Source: Bacteroidales bacterium (GTDB taxonomy: Bacteria; Bacteroidota; Bacteroidia; Bacteroidales; JAOZQN01). From it: a DNA stretch of 44,140 bases. A program made the translations under genes and the position numbers. This document shows positions 34,844 through 44,140 of this stretch, piece by piece. The stretch spans positions 10,595 through 54,734 of the forward strand of contig JAOZQN010000001.1 in assembly GCA_029932195.1 (NCBI GenBank), read 5' to 3'. Below the pieces are notes generated by a model. The model saw only the letters and a program-made list of their open reading frames with translations. It ran no database searches and was not told where the DNA came from. The number at the start of each line of letters is the position of its first letter. Within the stretch, counting starts at the first letter, position 1.

Positions 34844-37081
34844 ATGAAAAAATTTCTGAAAACAACATTAGTAATTGTAATCCTTGCTGCAATATCTGTA
34901 GGTGGATATTATATTTATAAAACATTTTTCCAAAGTAAAGGAAGCATGGACGCATTTGCTGCAGTGCCAGAAGATGCAATTTTTATTGTGGAAACCACCG
35001 ATTTAATGAAGGCGTGGACAGATATTAGCGAAAGTGATTTATGGAAATATTTAATGCAAACTTCTTATTTTGCAGATGTAAATACGGATATTGAAGGTAT
35101 AGATAAATATCTTAAATCCAACAAAATAGCAAGTGCTTTGATGCACAATCGTAAACTCATAATGTCGGCACACATGATTTCGGCTGTTGGCTGGGATTTT
35201 CTTTTCACAATAGACCTGAAAGATGCAGCAGGAACAGTTGGTTCTTTGGAGGCTGCAATGGGTTTTATTGATGGCTACACTGTTGATAAAAAACAATATA
35301 AGGCAAAATATGACAAAAAAGATTTTGAGATTATCCAGCTCACAAATGAGGAGGATAAAGACGATATAATATTCTTGTCATTTGTTGATAATGTGATACT
35401 TGTGAGTTTTAATGGAGTAATTATAGAACGAGCAATTAATCAACGAAATGATAATCATTGGGATAAAAATGTTAAATTTCAGGAAGTTATGTCGGAGCTT
35501 GGTCCACGAAAATTATTTAAAATTTATTTTAACTTTTCACTTTTAGATAGTTTTTCAAAAAGTTTTCTTACCGAAGAGGACGAAACCATGAAAATGATGT
35601 CAAAATCGCTATCTTTTGCAATATTTGACCTCAATTTAAAAGGCACAAAATTAAATTTTGAAGGACTTGCAAATATTGACAGTGTAGCCTCTTATGTTAA
35701 AGCACTTGGCAGTGTAGAGCCAGGAAAAATTCGTGCTTATGAAATTCTATCAGACCAAACAGCGGCTTACGTATCAATTTGTTTTTCCAGTTTTAACGTA
35801 TTCCATAATAAGCTGTTAGACCAATACAGGAGTGATAGCCCCGAAGACGTGGAGGAAATTGAAGGCTATATTTCTAAAATGAACAAATTGTTAAATATTG
35901 ATATTGATAAAGATTTATTTGGTTGGATTGGACAAGAAATTGCCTTGTTCAAAATAAGACCAATGTCGTCGGAATCTCGTGAGGAAGACGTAGTTATTGC
36001 CATAAATGCTACTGATATTGACAATGCAAAAGCTGGTTTAGACCACATCACACGTCAAGTGCGTCGCAGAACGGGAGTAAAATTTGACGAAATTGATTAT
36101 AAAAATTTCCAAATAAATCATCTTGCAGAAAAAGGACTTATCAACATTATTCTTGGCAAATTAATGAAAGATATTGACAAACCGTATTTTACTTATATTG
36201 AGGATTATGTGATTTTTAGCAATTCGCTCGGAACAATTATGCAAGTTATTGATGATTATATTGCTGGAAAAACTTTATCGCATAACAAAGAATTTCAAAG
36301 TTTTGTAGATAATTTTAATCCAAAAGCAAATATTTCTGTTTTTATACAAATGCCAAAAATGTATACGACACTATATTATTATACACCAGAAAAAAAACGT
36401 GCTGCATTTGACGAAAATAAAGAAATGATTTTGAGTTTTGCACGAATTGGTTTTCAGCTTACAAGCGATGGTAAAATGTTCAAAACCAGATTACTTGCCG
36501 AATACGACGAAAATGCTCTTGTAGATGACGAAGTAAGTAAACTTTTGAAGGATACAGATAAAGATTTATTTAACGAAGAGCTTGATTCTATGAGTTTTAA
36601 AGCAGCAATTCCAATTGGATATTTAGAAACAGACGGGAAATATAAAGAATATTTTGACGAAGACAGCACAGAAGTAAAACTTGAAGGTTCTATTGTAGAT
36701 AATCAGATAAATGGCTTATGGAGAACTTTTTATAAAAATGGAAATCTTCGTAGTTCTGTAAATTACAAAGACGGCAAAGTGGAAGGAATAGCTTATTTTT
36801 ATTACAACGATAAAGTAAATTCTAAAAAAGCAGAAGTTACTTACGAAAACGACCAAATAATTGACTTTTATTTAGAGTTTTATGATAATGGTGCTCAAAA
36901 ATCAAAAATTGAATATGAAAATGGAGAAATGCACGGAGACGCAGAATTTTATTACCGAACAGGCAGACTAAAAATCGCAGGAAAATATAAAAAAGGTAAA
37001 AAAGATGGCAAATGGAAATATCATAACGAGGCAGGTGAAGTGATAAAAAAAGAAAAATATAATAAAGGTGAGTTGAAATAA
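34844..37081 (+). CDS. DUF3352-like membrane-anchored protein with C-terminal MORN-variant repeats
   Basis: N-terminal TM, AVPEDA, WIGQEIA, KPYFTYIEDYVIFSNS, then GxWxxYxxNG repeats. Start moved to ATG 34844. Confidence 0.75.
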   Translation: MKKFLKTTLVIVILAAISVGGYYIYKTFFQSKGSMDAFAAVPEDAIFIVETTDLMKAWTDISESDLWKYLMQTSYFADVNTDIEGIDKYLKSNKIASALMHNRKLIMSAHMISAVGWDFLFTIDLKDAAGTVGSLEAAMGFIDGYTVDKKQYKAKYDKKDFEIIQLTNEEDKDDIIFLSFVDNVILVSFNGVIIERAINQRNDNHWDKNVKFQEVMSELGPRKLFKIYFNFSLLDSFSKSFLTEEDETMKMMSKSLSFAIFDLNLKGTKLNFEGLANIDSVASYVKALGSVEPGKIRAYEILSDQTAAYVSICFSSFNVFHNKLLDQYRSDSPEDVEEIEGYISKMNKLLNIDIDKDLFGWIGQEIALFKIRPMSSESREEDVVIAINATDIDNAKAGLDHITRQVRRRTGVKFDEIDYKNFQINHLAEKGLINIILGKLMKDIDKPYFTYIEDYVIFSNSLGTIMQVIDDYIAGKTLSHNKEFQSFVDNFNPKANISVFIQMPKMYTTLYYYTPEKKRAAFDENKEMILSFARIGFQLTSDGKMFKTRLLAEYDENALVDDEVSKLLKDTDKDLFNEELDSMSFKAAIPIGYLETDGKYKEYFDEDSTEVKLEGSIVDNQINGLWRTFYKNGNLRSSVNYKDGKVEGIAYFYYNDKVNSKKAEVTYENDQIIDFYLEFYDNGAQKSKIEYENGEMHGDAEFYYRTGRLKIAGKYKKGKKDGKWKYHNEAGEVIKKEKYNKGELK

Positions 37082-37141
37082 TTTACGATTTAAAATTTAC
37101 GAATTACGATTGGTTTACACCAAAGTAAAAAATAAACTAAA

Positions 37142-39709
37142 ATGGAATTTATATCAGGAGCAAAATATATTAGAGCAGATTTTCATTTACACACAAAATC
37201 AGATACTGAATTTAATTATAAAAGTGAAGAAAATGATTTTGTAAAAAACTATGTTCAAAAATTAATAGAGGAAAATATTCAACTTGCGGTTATTACAAAT
37301 CACAATAAATTTGATTTAAAACAATACGATGGCTTAAGAAAAAAAGCAAAGAAAAAAGGCATTTTTCTTTTACCTGGAATTGAATTAAATATAAACGAAG
37401 GAAAAACAGGTTTACATACACTGATTGTGTTTGACAATAAAAAGTGGTTAGTTGGCAACGAGGATTTTATAAATGATTTTATTACAAAAACAGCTCCAAC
37501 AGATAATCATGATTTTAAATATAAAAACGGACTTTCTCAACATAGTTTAATTCAAACTATTGAACTTCTAAATACATTTAAAAAAAAATATTTTATTGTA
37601 TTAGCACATGTTTCGTCTGATAATGGATTATTAAAAGAAGTGAATGGGAAAAAAATTGAACAGCTTGGAAAAGATCCTATTTTCAGGAAAAATGTTCTTG
37701 GATTTCAGGCAGTTAAAAATGGAGATTTTGATAATTTAAAACTATGGCTTAAAAAAAAGCTTCCTGCTTTTGTTGAAGGTTCTGACCCTAAAAGTATTGA
37801 ACAAATAGGAAAAGGAAAGAAATGCTACCTAAAATTAAGCGATTTGAATTTTGATGCTGTTAAATTTGCTTTGCAATATCACGAGAGTAGAGTTGTCCGA
37901 GAAATTCCAAAACAACAAAACGCTTATATTAAATCGGTTGAGTATGTTGGAGGCAAACTTGATGGTAAAATAATCCACCTAAGTCCATCAATGAATAATA
38001 TTATTGGGATACGAGGAAGTGGAAAATCATCAATTTTGGAAACTATACGGTATGCTTTGAATATTAACTTAGATAAGAAAATTACTGCAGACGAGAATTA
38101 TAAAAATTCAATTATAAATAAAACTCTTGGAGGAGGTGGCAAAATTTTACTTAAAATACAAAATAATAATAATATTTATAATATTGAAAAAGGAACAACT
38201 GGAATAGCAAGATGCATTGAAAAACCCGACTTAAATATAAAATCATTAATAAAAAGTTTTTATTTTGGACAAAAAGACTTATCAAGAATAGGTGAGACAA
38301 AACAAAGTAATAAAGAATTTATATATCGTATAATTGGGAAAATTGATAATGATCAAAAACTAAAATCTGATGAGATTTCAAATAAAATAAGAGCGTTATT
38401 ATCAAAAATTATTCAAATTGAAAAAAAGATAGAAATAATACCAGATATAAAAACTCAAATTGCTGATTTAAAACAAGATATTGAAAATATAGAAAAATTT
38501 GGACTTAAAGAAAAATTAGAAAAAGAAATAAATTTTAGTCAAGATATAAATAAAATAAAATATATAAAAAAAGAAATTAAAATAACAATTAATAATTTTG
38601 AAGAGTTCTTAGATAATCAAAATGAAGATTATAATTATTTAAAAGCCTATAAATCAAAAGAAAATAAACCTTTTTTTAACGAAATTTTCACAATACTTGA
38701 TAATATTTCTATTATTCAAAATTCATTTAAAGAAAAAAAGTTAGAAATAGAAAATAAATTTTCAAAAGTAGAAAGTATAGAAAATAAATTATTGGAATTA
38801 ATCGAAAAACTAAACGAGGTATTTGCAAAAAGTCAAAGAGAAAGTAGTATTTCTGCAGAAGATATTAAAAATTATCAAGAATTTCAGACTAAATTGTCTA
38901 ATAAAAAACTTCTCCTAACAGAATTGGAAAAACTAATTCCTAAAAAAAAGTTATTAAGAAAAGAATTAAAGACAAAACTAAACGAGGTTAAAGAAAGCTG
39001 GCAAGAAGAATTTAATATTATAAAATCAAAAATAGATACAGTAAATTCAAAACAAAAAAAACTAAAAATAATTATTAAATTTAAACAAAATAAAAGAGCA
39101 ATAGAAGATTTTATTTTTAATTTTTCACATAATATAAGGAGAGAAAATATAAAAATGTTGATAAAAAACAATAATGATTTAATTGATTTATTTGAAAAAT
39201 TTGAAAATAAATCTGATTTAAAAATCAATCAAATTGATGATATAAAAAATCAATTTTATAAAAACTTACCTAATTTCCTTACTTTCCGAGTTCCAGATAC
39301 TTTTGAAATAGAATACAATAGAAAACCTTTAAAAAATCATTCTCTTGGGCAACGAGCATCTGCATTAATTGTTTTTTTATTTTCGTTACGTAACAACGAT
39401 TTAATTTTAATTGACCAACCAGAAGATGACTTAGACAGTCAAACTGTTTATAATGAAGTAATTACATTAATTAAAAACATGAAAAGCTCAACACAATTTA
39501 TTTTTGCGACACACAACCCTAATATTCCTGTATTGGGCGATTGTGAGCAAGTTTTAGCTTGCGATTATGACAATAAAAACGAAAAAATTAATATTAATTC
39601 AGGTGGTATTGATAAAAAAATAATACAACAAAAAATTATAAATATCATGGAAGGTGGTGAACAAGCTTTTGATGAACGAAAAAATAAATACACACAATGG
39701 AATCATTAG
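37142..39709 (+). CDS. PHP phosphoesterase + SMC/ABC-type coiled-coil ATPase (TrlF/Ppl-like)
   Basis: DFHLHT, ITNHN, PGIE, AH, GSDPK; Walker A GIRGSGKS, signature SLGQR, Walker B IDQPEDDLD, ATHN. Confidence 0.88.
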   Translation: MEFISGAKYIRADFHLHTKSDTEFNYKSEENDFVKNYVQKLIEENIQLAVITNHNKFDLKQYDGLRKKAKKKGIFLLPGIELNINEGKTGLHTLIVFDNKKWLVGNEDFINDFITKTAPTDNHDFKYKNGLSQHSLIQTIELLNTFKKKYFIVLAHVSSDNGLLKEVNGKKIEQLGKDPIFRKNVLGFQAVKNGDFDNLKLWLKKKLPAFVEGSDPKSIEQIGKGKKCYLKLSDLNFDAVKFALQYHESRVVREIPKQQNAYIKSVEYVGGKLDGKIIHLSPSMNNIIGIRGSGKSSILETIRYALNINLDKKITADENYKNSIINKTLGGGGKILLKIQNNNNIYNIEKGTTGIARCIEKPDLNIKSLIKSFYFGQKDLSRIGETKQSNKEFIYRIIGKIDNDQKLKSDEISNKIRALLSKIIQIEKKIEIIPDIKTQIADLKQDIENIEKFGLKEKLEKEINFSQDINKIKYIKKEIKITINNFEEFLDNQNEDYNYLKAYKSKENKPFFNEIFTILDNISIIQNSFKEKKLEIENKFSKVESIENKLLELIEKLNEVFAKSQRESSISAEDIKNYQEFQTKLSNKKLLLTELEKLIPKKKLLRKELKTKLNEVKESWQEEFNIIKSKIDTVNSKQKKLKIIIKFKQNKRAIEDFIFNFSHNIRRENIKMLIKNNNDLIDLFEKFENKSDLKINQIDDIKNQFYKNLPNFLTFRVPDTFEIEYNRKPLKNHSLGQRASALIVFLFSLRNNDLILIDQPEDDLDSQTVYNEVITLIKNMKSSTQFIFATHNPNIPVLGDCEQVLACDYDNKNEKININSGGIDKKIIQQKIINIMEGGEQAFDERKNKYTQWNH

Positions 39710-40929
39710 AATTATTAGAAATAATACAAAAAGGTGAAAATAGTTATGTTCAATTTAAAAGAAGAGTAAAAGATGCTCATTCTATTTCTCAAGAAATGTC
39801 GGCATTTGCAAATTACAAAGGAGGAACAATTATTATTGGAGTGGAGGATAAAACAGGAGAATTAAATGGTTTGACTTTTGCCGAAATAAATGAAAATAAT
39901 AAAACTCTGTCAAATGCGGCAAGTGATAATGTAAAACCAAGTTTATTTATTCATACAGAACAAGTTACAATAAATAATCATACACTTATTGTTGCAAAAA
40001 TACCAGAAGGAATAAATAAACCTTACAAAGACAAAAAAGGAGCTATTTGGTTAAAAAATGGCTCAGACAAAAGACGAGTTACTTCTAATGAGGAACTTGC
40101 AAGATTATTACAAGACAGTAAAAATATTTATGCCGATGAGCAAATAATTATAAATTCTTCTATAAATGATATAGACTATCATAATGTAAAATATTTTATT
40201 TTACAATCTAACCGAAATGATTTTGAAGATATTATAAATAAAATTGAAACTGAAATAACTCCATACAGTTTAAAAAAACACGAACTTGACAATTTTTTAG
40301 AACGAATAAAATTTAATCAACCAATTGTAAAATTGCTTAATAATTTACGAATTTTAGCAAATAATGAATTTACTTTAGCCGGTTTATTATTATTTTCGGA
40401 TAAAACACAATACTATCGTCCTATGTTTACCATAGATTGTGTTACTTTTCCTGAAAATACAACATCTGTAAATACATATTCCGATACAGAAAATCTCACT
40501 GGAAATTATTATGATATTTTTGAAGCAACAATGAATTTTGTAAAAAGAAACCTCAAAAAAATCCCTTCAAATAAAGGTTTTAATAGTAATGCAAAAACTG
40601 AAATTCCCCTTGAAGTATTTGAAGAACTTATTATTAATGCCCTTATTCATCGAAATTATTTTATCAATTCAACAATTAAAATTTTCATATTTCCAAATAG
40701 AATAGAAATAATAAGTCCAGGAGTTTTGCCAAATTCTTTAACTATAGAAAATATTTTAAGTGGCATTGCAATACAAAGAAATCCTAATTTACATTCATTA
40801 GCAAAATATATACTACCATACAAAGGATATGGAAGTGGTATTAAAAGAGCTATAAATTTATATCCCGAGATTGAATTTGAAAATAATTTATCAAAAGAAC
40901 AATTTGTTGCAACAATAAAGCGAAGATAA
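39697..40929 (+). CDS. Schlafen/AlbA_2 domain + HATPase_c_4 protein
   Basis: GENSYVQFK, SAFANYKGGTIIIGVED, ELIINALIHRNY, IEIISPG.LP, RNP, GSGI. Overlaps the upstream gene by 13 bp. Confidence 0.88.
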   Translation: MESLELLEIIQKGENSYVQFKRRVKDAHSISQEMSAFANYKGGTIIIGVEDKTGELNGLTFAEINENNKTLSNAASDNVKPSLFIHTEQVTINNHTLIVAKIPEGINKPYKDKKGAIWLKNGSDKRRVTSNEELARLLQDSKNIYADEQIIINSSINDIDYHNVKYFILQSNRNDFEDIINKIETEITPYSLKKHELDNFLERIKFNQPIVKLLNNLRILANNEFTLAGLLLFSDKTQYYRPMFTIDCVTFPENTTSVNTYSDTENLTGNYYDIFEATMNFVKRNLKKIPSNKGFNSNAKTEIPLEVFEELIINALIHRNYFINSTIKIFIFPNRIEIISPGVLPNSLTIENILSGIAIQRNPNLHSLAKYILPYKGYGSGIKRAINLYPEIEFENNLSKEQFVATIKRR

Positions 40930-41014
40930 AATAAACATCTTGTTACTTATTCAAAACTTTACTTAATATAAATATTCATTTTACTCTTAATCAAATACTT
41001 AAACCCAAATTTTT

Positions 41015-43894
41015 ATGAATTACAAATCAAATTTTATTACACTATTAATTGTATTTATTAGTGTAATTTCGTTGAATGCTCAAAAATATGTAAATTTTGA
41101 GAGCTATAAGTTAGATAACGGTCTGACTGTTATTTTGAGTGAAGACCACAGTCGCCAAAAAGTTTTTGGAGTGGTGGCAGTTAAAGCAGGAGGAAAAGAT
41201 GATCCAGCAGATGCTACTGGAATGGCTCATTATCAAGAGCATATACTTTTTAAGGGAACAGAAGAACTTGGCACAACAGACTGGGAGGCAGAAAAAGTGC
41301 ATATAGATAAAATTTTTGAACTCTACGACAAACTTGGCAAAACTACCGACGAAATAGAGCGTAAAGAAATTCAAGATGAGATAAATAAAGAATCATTGGA
41401 GGCAAATAAATATGCTATTCCAAATGAATTGAGCAATGTAATAAAGGATATGGGTGGCACAATGCTAAATGCAGGAACTGGAACAGACCAAACAGTTTTT
41501 TATAATGCCTTTCCTCCCAACGAGATAGAGCGTTGGTTGGAGCTTTATAGCCACCGATTTATAAATCCCGTTTTTAGAGGATTTCAAGCAGAATTAGAGG
41601 TTGTTTATGAAGAAAAAAATCTTTATGATGACATGTTTCAGACCAAAATGCTTGATGCTTTTAATTCTAATTTTTATAAAAATCACCCTTATGGACAACA
41701 AACCATAATTGGAACAGCCGAAGACCTTAAAAATCCGTCGCTTACAAAAATGCGTGATTTTTTTAATACTTGGTATGTGGCTAATAATATGGCACTTATA
41801 ATAGTTGGCGATTTTGATATTGAAAAAATAAAACCAATTATTGCCGAAAAATTTGGAAAACTAAAATCGGGTGAAATCCCTGAGCGTAAGGTTTATGAAG
41901 AAAAACCTTTTGAAGGACGTGAATTTTTTGAGCAAAAATTAAGCCCAATAAAACTTGCAATTCTCGGATTTAGAACCGTTCCTGCAGGGCACCCCGACGA
42001 ACTTGCATTAAACATAGCAAATGAAATTCTATCAAACGGCAATCAAACAGGTTTATTAGACGAGTTATCTCTTGATAATGAACTACTTGCTGCATTTTCT
42101 TTTTCTATGACACAAAACGACCATGGCTCTACAATATTTTTTGTTATTCCAAAACTTGTTGGGCAAAAATTGGAAACAGCCGAAAATCTGGTTATCAATA
42201 AAATTGAGATGCTAAAAAAAGGCGAATTTTCTGATGAGATTTTTGAAGCTATAAAACAAAATTCTTACAAAAATTTTCTTCTTGGTCTTGAAGATTTAGA
42301 AATAAAAGCTCTTACTTTTTCGTATATTTTTTCCAGAGGGCAAAAAATTAATGATTATTTGAGTAAACCAGAAAAAATACAACAACTTACAAAACAGGAT
42401 ATTATAGACGTAGCAAATAAATATTATGGAGATAATTATCTTGCTTTTTATTCAAAAATGGGATTTCCTAAAACCGAAAAAATTGACAAGCCTGGATATG
42501 AGCCATTAATTACAAATACGAATAAAAAATCGGCTTTTACCAAACGATTTGATAAAATGAAAGTGGAAAAAGCAAATGTTAAATATGTTGATTTTAAGAA
42601 AGATATAACAGAGACTAATCTTGCAAATGGAAATAAACTATATCTGACAAAAAACCCGATTAACGATATTTTTACTTTTGATATAAAAATAGGAATTGGC
42701 AACGCCAAAGAACCAATGCTGGAATATGCCTCACAACTAATGAATTACAGCGGAACGGAGGATAAAGATATTAAAAAACTGAAGGTAGAATTTAGTAAAC
42801 TTGGCACAAGTTATTATATTTTAAGTGGTGATAACTATCTAACAATCAGCCTTACAGGAATTGATAAGAACTTTGAAAAATCTGTTATTTTATTAAATGA
42901 ATTGCTTACAAAACCAAAATTAGACCCCGAAAAACTTGATATTATTACAGAAGGACTGAAGACCGAACGAAAAATGGAAAAATCAGAACCAGCAAGTGTT
43001 GCTGATGCACTTTTTGAATATATGAAATATAAAGAAAAATCTAAATATCTTGATAGACTTAAATTCAAAGAAATCAAAAAATTAGATACAGACGAACTTG
43101 TTAAAACTTTTCAGAATTCATTAGAATACGAAACAAAATTTCATTATGTTGGCACAAAAGATAATAAATCAATCCAAAATATTATTGATAAAAACTTGAC
43201 TTTTACAAGTAAATCAAAAAAATCTGAATCGCCAGTTATTCTTGATATTCAACAATATACAGAGAACACAATTATCTTTGTAAACAAGCCAAAAGCATTG
43301 CAATCTAAGGTTTATTTTATGATAAATGGAGTTGAATATAAAAAAGAACAACTTCCTGAAATTGAGGCTTTTAATCAGTATTTTGGAGGTGGATTTTCAG
43401 GACTTGTTTTGCAAGAAATAAGAGAATACAGGTCAATGGCTTATAGTGCAGCTGCTTGGTATGTTGCTCCTAAAAAAGAAGGTGCTTCTTCAATTTTCTA
43501 CGGATATGTTGGCACTCAGGCAGATAAAACTTTAAATGCTATTGATATTTTTCACGGATTAGTGAGAGAGATGCCAGAAAAACCCGAACGAATGGATATG
43601 ATAAGGCAATATTTAGAGCAATCTGCCCTCACATCAAGTCCTTCTTTTAGAGGATCTTCTGCAAGTATATCTCGCTGGCAAACAGCTGGTTACACACAAG
43701 ACCCAAGAATTGAAAAAGTGGAAAAATACGAAAGTATGACTTTTGAAAATATTACTAATTTCTATTCAAATAACATAAAAGAAAAACCAATGGTTATCGC
43801 AATTGTTGGCGACGAAAAACGTATTGATATGAAAGAATTAGAAAAATATGGAAAAGTTATTGTTGTAAAAGAGAAAAAATTATTTAAGGACTAA
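41015..43894 (+). CDS. M16 (insulinase/pitrilysin) family zinc peptidase
   Basis: Signal peptide, LDNGL, TGMAHYQEHILFKGT (HxxEH), NAGT, HPY, WY.ANNM, QEIREYRSMAYS. Confidence 0.95.
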   Translation: MNYKSNFITLLIVFISVISLNAQKYVNFESYKLDNGLTVILSEDHSRQKVFGVVAVKAGGKDDPADATGMAHYQEHILFKGTEELGTTDWEAEKVHIDKIFELYDKLGKTTDEIERKEIQDEINKESLEANKYAIPNELSNVIKDMGGTMLNAGTGTDQTVFYNAFPPNEIERWLELYSHRFINPVFRGFQAELEVVYEEKNLYDDMFQTKMLDAFNSNFYKNHPYGQQTIIGTAEDLKNPSLTKMRDFFNTWYVANNMALIIVGDFDIEKIKPIIAEKFGKLKSGEIPERKVYEEKPFEGREFFEQKLSPIKLAILGFRTVPAGHPDELALNIANEILSNGNQTGLLDELSLDNELLAAFSFSMTQNDHGSTIFFVIPKLVGQKLETAENLVINKIEMLKKGEFSDEIFEAIKQNSYKNFLLGLEDLEIKALTFSYIFSRGQKINDYLSKPEKIQQLTKQDIIDVANKYYGDNYLAFYSKMGFPKTEKIDKPGYEPLITNTNKKSAFTKRFDKMKVEKANVKYVDFKKDITETNLANGNKLYLTKNPINDIFTFDIKIGIGNAKEPMLEYASQLMNYSGTEDKDIKKLKVEFSKLGTSYYILSGDNYLTISLTGIDKNFEKSVILLNELLTKPKLDPEKLDIITEGLKTERKMEKSEPASVADALFEYMKYKEKSKYLDRLKFKEIKKLDTDELVKTFQNSLEYETKFHYVGTKDNKSIQNIIDKNLTFTSKSKKSESPVILDIQQYTENTIIFVNKPKALQSKVYFMINGVEYKKEQLPEIEAFNQYFGGGFSGLVLQEIREYRSMAYSAAAWYVAPKKEGASSIFYGYVGTQADKTLNAIDIFHGLVREMPEKPERMDMIRQYLEQSALTSSPSFRGSSASISRWQTAGYTQDPRIEKVEKYESMTFENITNFYSNNIKEKPMVIAIVGDEKRIDMKELEKYGKVIVVKEKKLFKD

Positions 43895-43913
43895 GAATAA
43901 GTGAAAAATTAAG

Positions 43914-43953
43914 AATGAAAGATGAAAAACGCTCCCGTTTTTCATCTTTCATT
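43914..43953 (+). terminator. Hairpin after the M16 peptidase gene
   Basis: aatgaaagatgaaaaacg-ctcc-cgtttttcatctttcatt. Confidence 0.75.
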
Positions 43954-44085
43954 TTGGCATTTTTCATATCTACTTTACACTTTCTAAATTTCAATTCATT
44001 AGCGTAGGGTTTAAAACCCTACGCTAATGAATTGAAATTTAGGTTATTATTATATTTTTGAATTTATAAACAAATAAAAAAAGTG
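43951..44085. mobile_element. Inverted, truncated copy of the 13666-13836 element
   Basis: ttttggcatttttcatatctactttacactttct, then the same GTAG palindrome (perfect 43984-44042), then tttataaacaaataaaaaaagtg. Second TIR absent. Confidence 0.75.
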
Positions 44086-44140
44086 GGCTCATCACAATTA
44101 TTTACGCACCAAATTTAATTTCATGTTTTACAACAGCAAA

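Noticed and set aside
34844-37081. YwqK-like antitoxin implying a toxin-antitoxin pair with the Roco nuclease
   Set aside because: The MORN-variant repeats follow an N-terminal membrane anchor and are probably extracytoplasmic; the repeat type is generic.

Overview
AT-rich chromosomal segment of a Bacteroidota bacterium, judged from T9SS porQ, two T9SS C-terminal-domain cargo proteins and TAnnTTTG promoters. Housekeeping genes (lpxB, metF, ribBA, cysD, nadE, Sua5/YciO, porQ, M16 peptidase, a COG2403/ArcE-like enzyme) are interleaved with signalling, surface and probable defence genes. The best candidate for a new system is a pair of paralogous Roco proteins (LRR-Roc GTPase-COR-Cys4 motif) that align up to one point and then carry different C-terminal modules: an EAD1 Death-like adaptor (18480-20678) and a PD-(D/E)XK nuclease (32094-34742). 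The second also has a recently duplicated LRR block. There is an overlapping PHP-ATPase (TrlF/Ppl-like) plus Schlafen/AlbA_2-HATPase gene pair, and a cobalamin riboswitch carrying an inserted repeat hairpin upstream of a T9SS-secreted DUF4465 protein. Intergenic DNA is dense in non-autonomous palindromic elements: a 142-bp MITE in three copies with 6-bp target duplications (one rewrites the 3' ends of two convergent genes), several other TIR elements with REP-like cores, and inverted 7/8-mer arrays capped by CGCAAAGCG. I saw no rRNA, tRNA, CRISPR array, transposase or reverse transcriptase. All family calls come from motif recognition by eye, not database searches.
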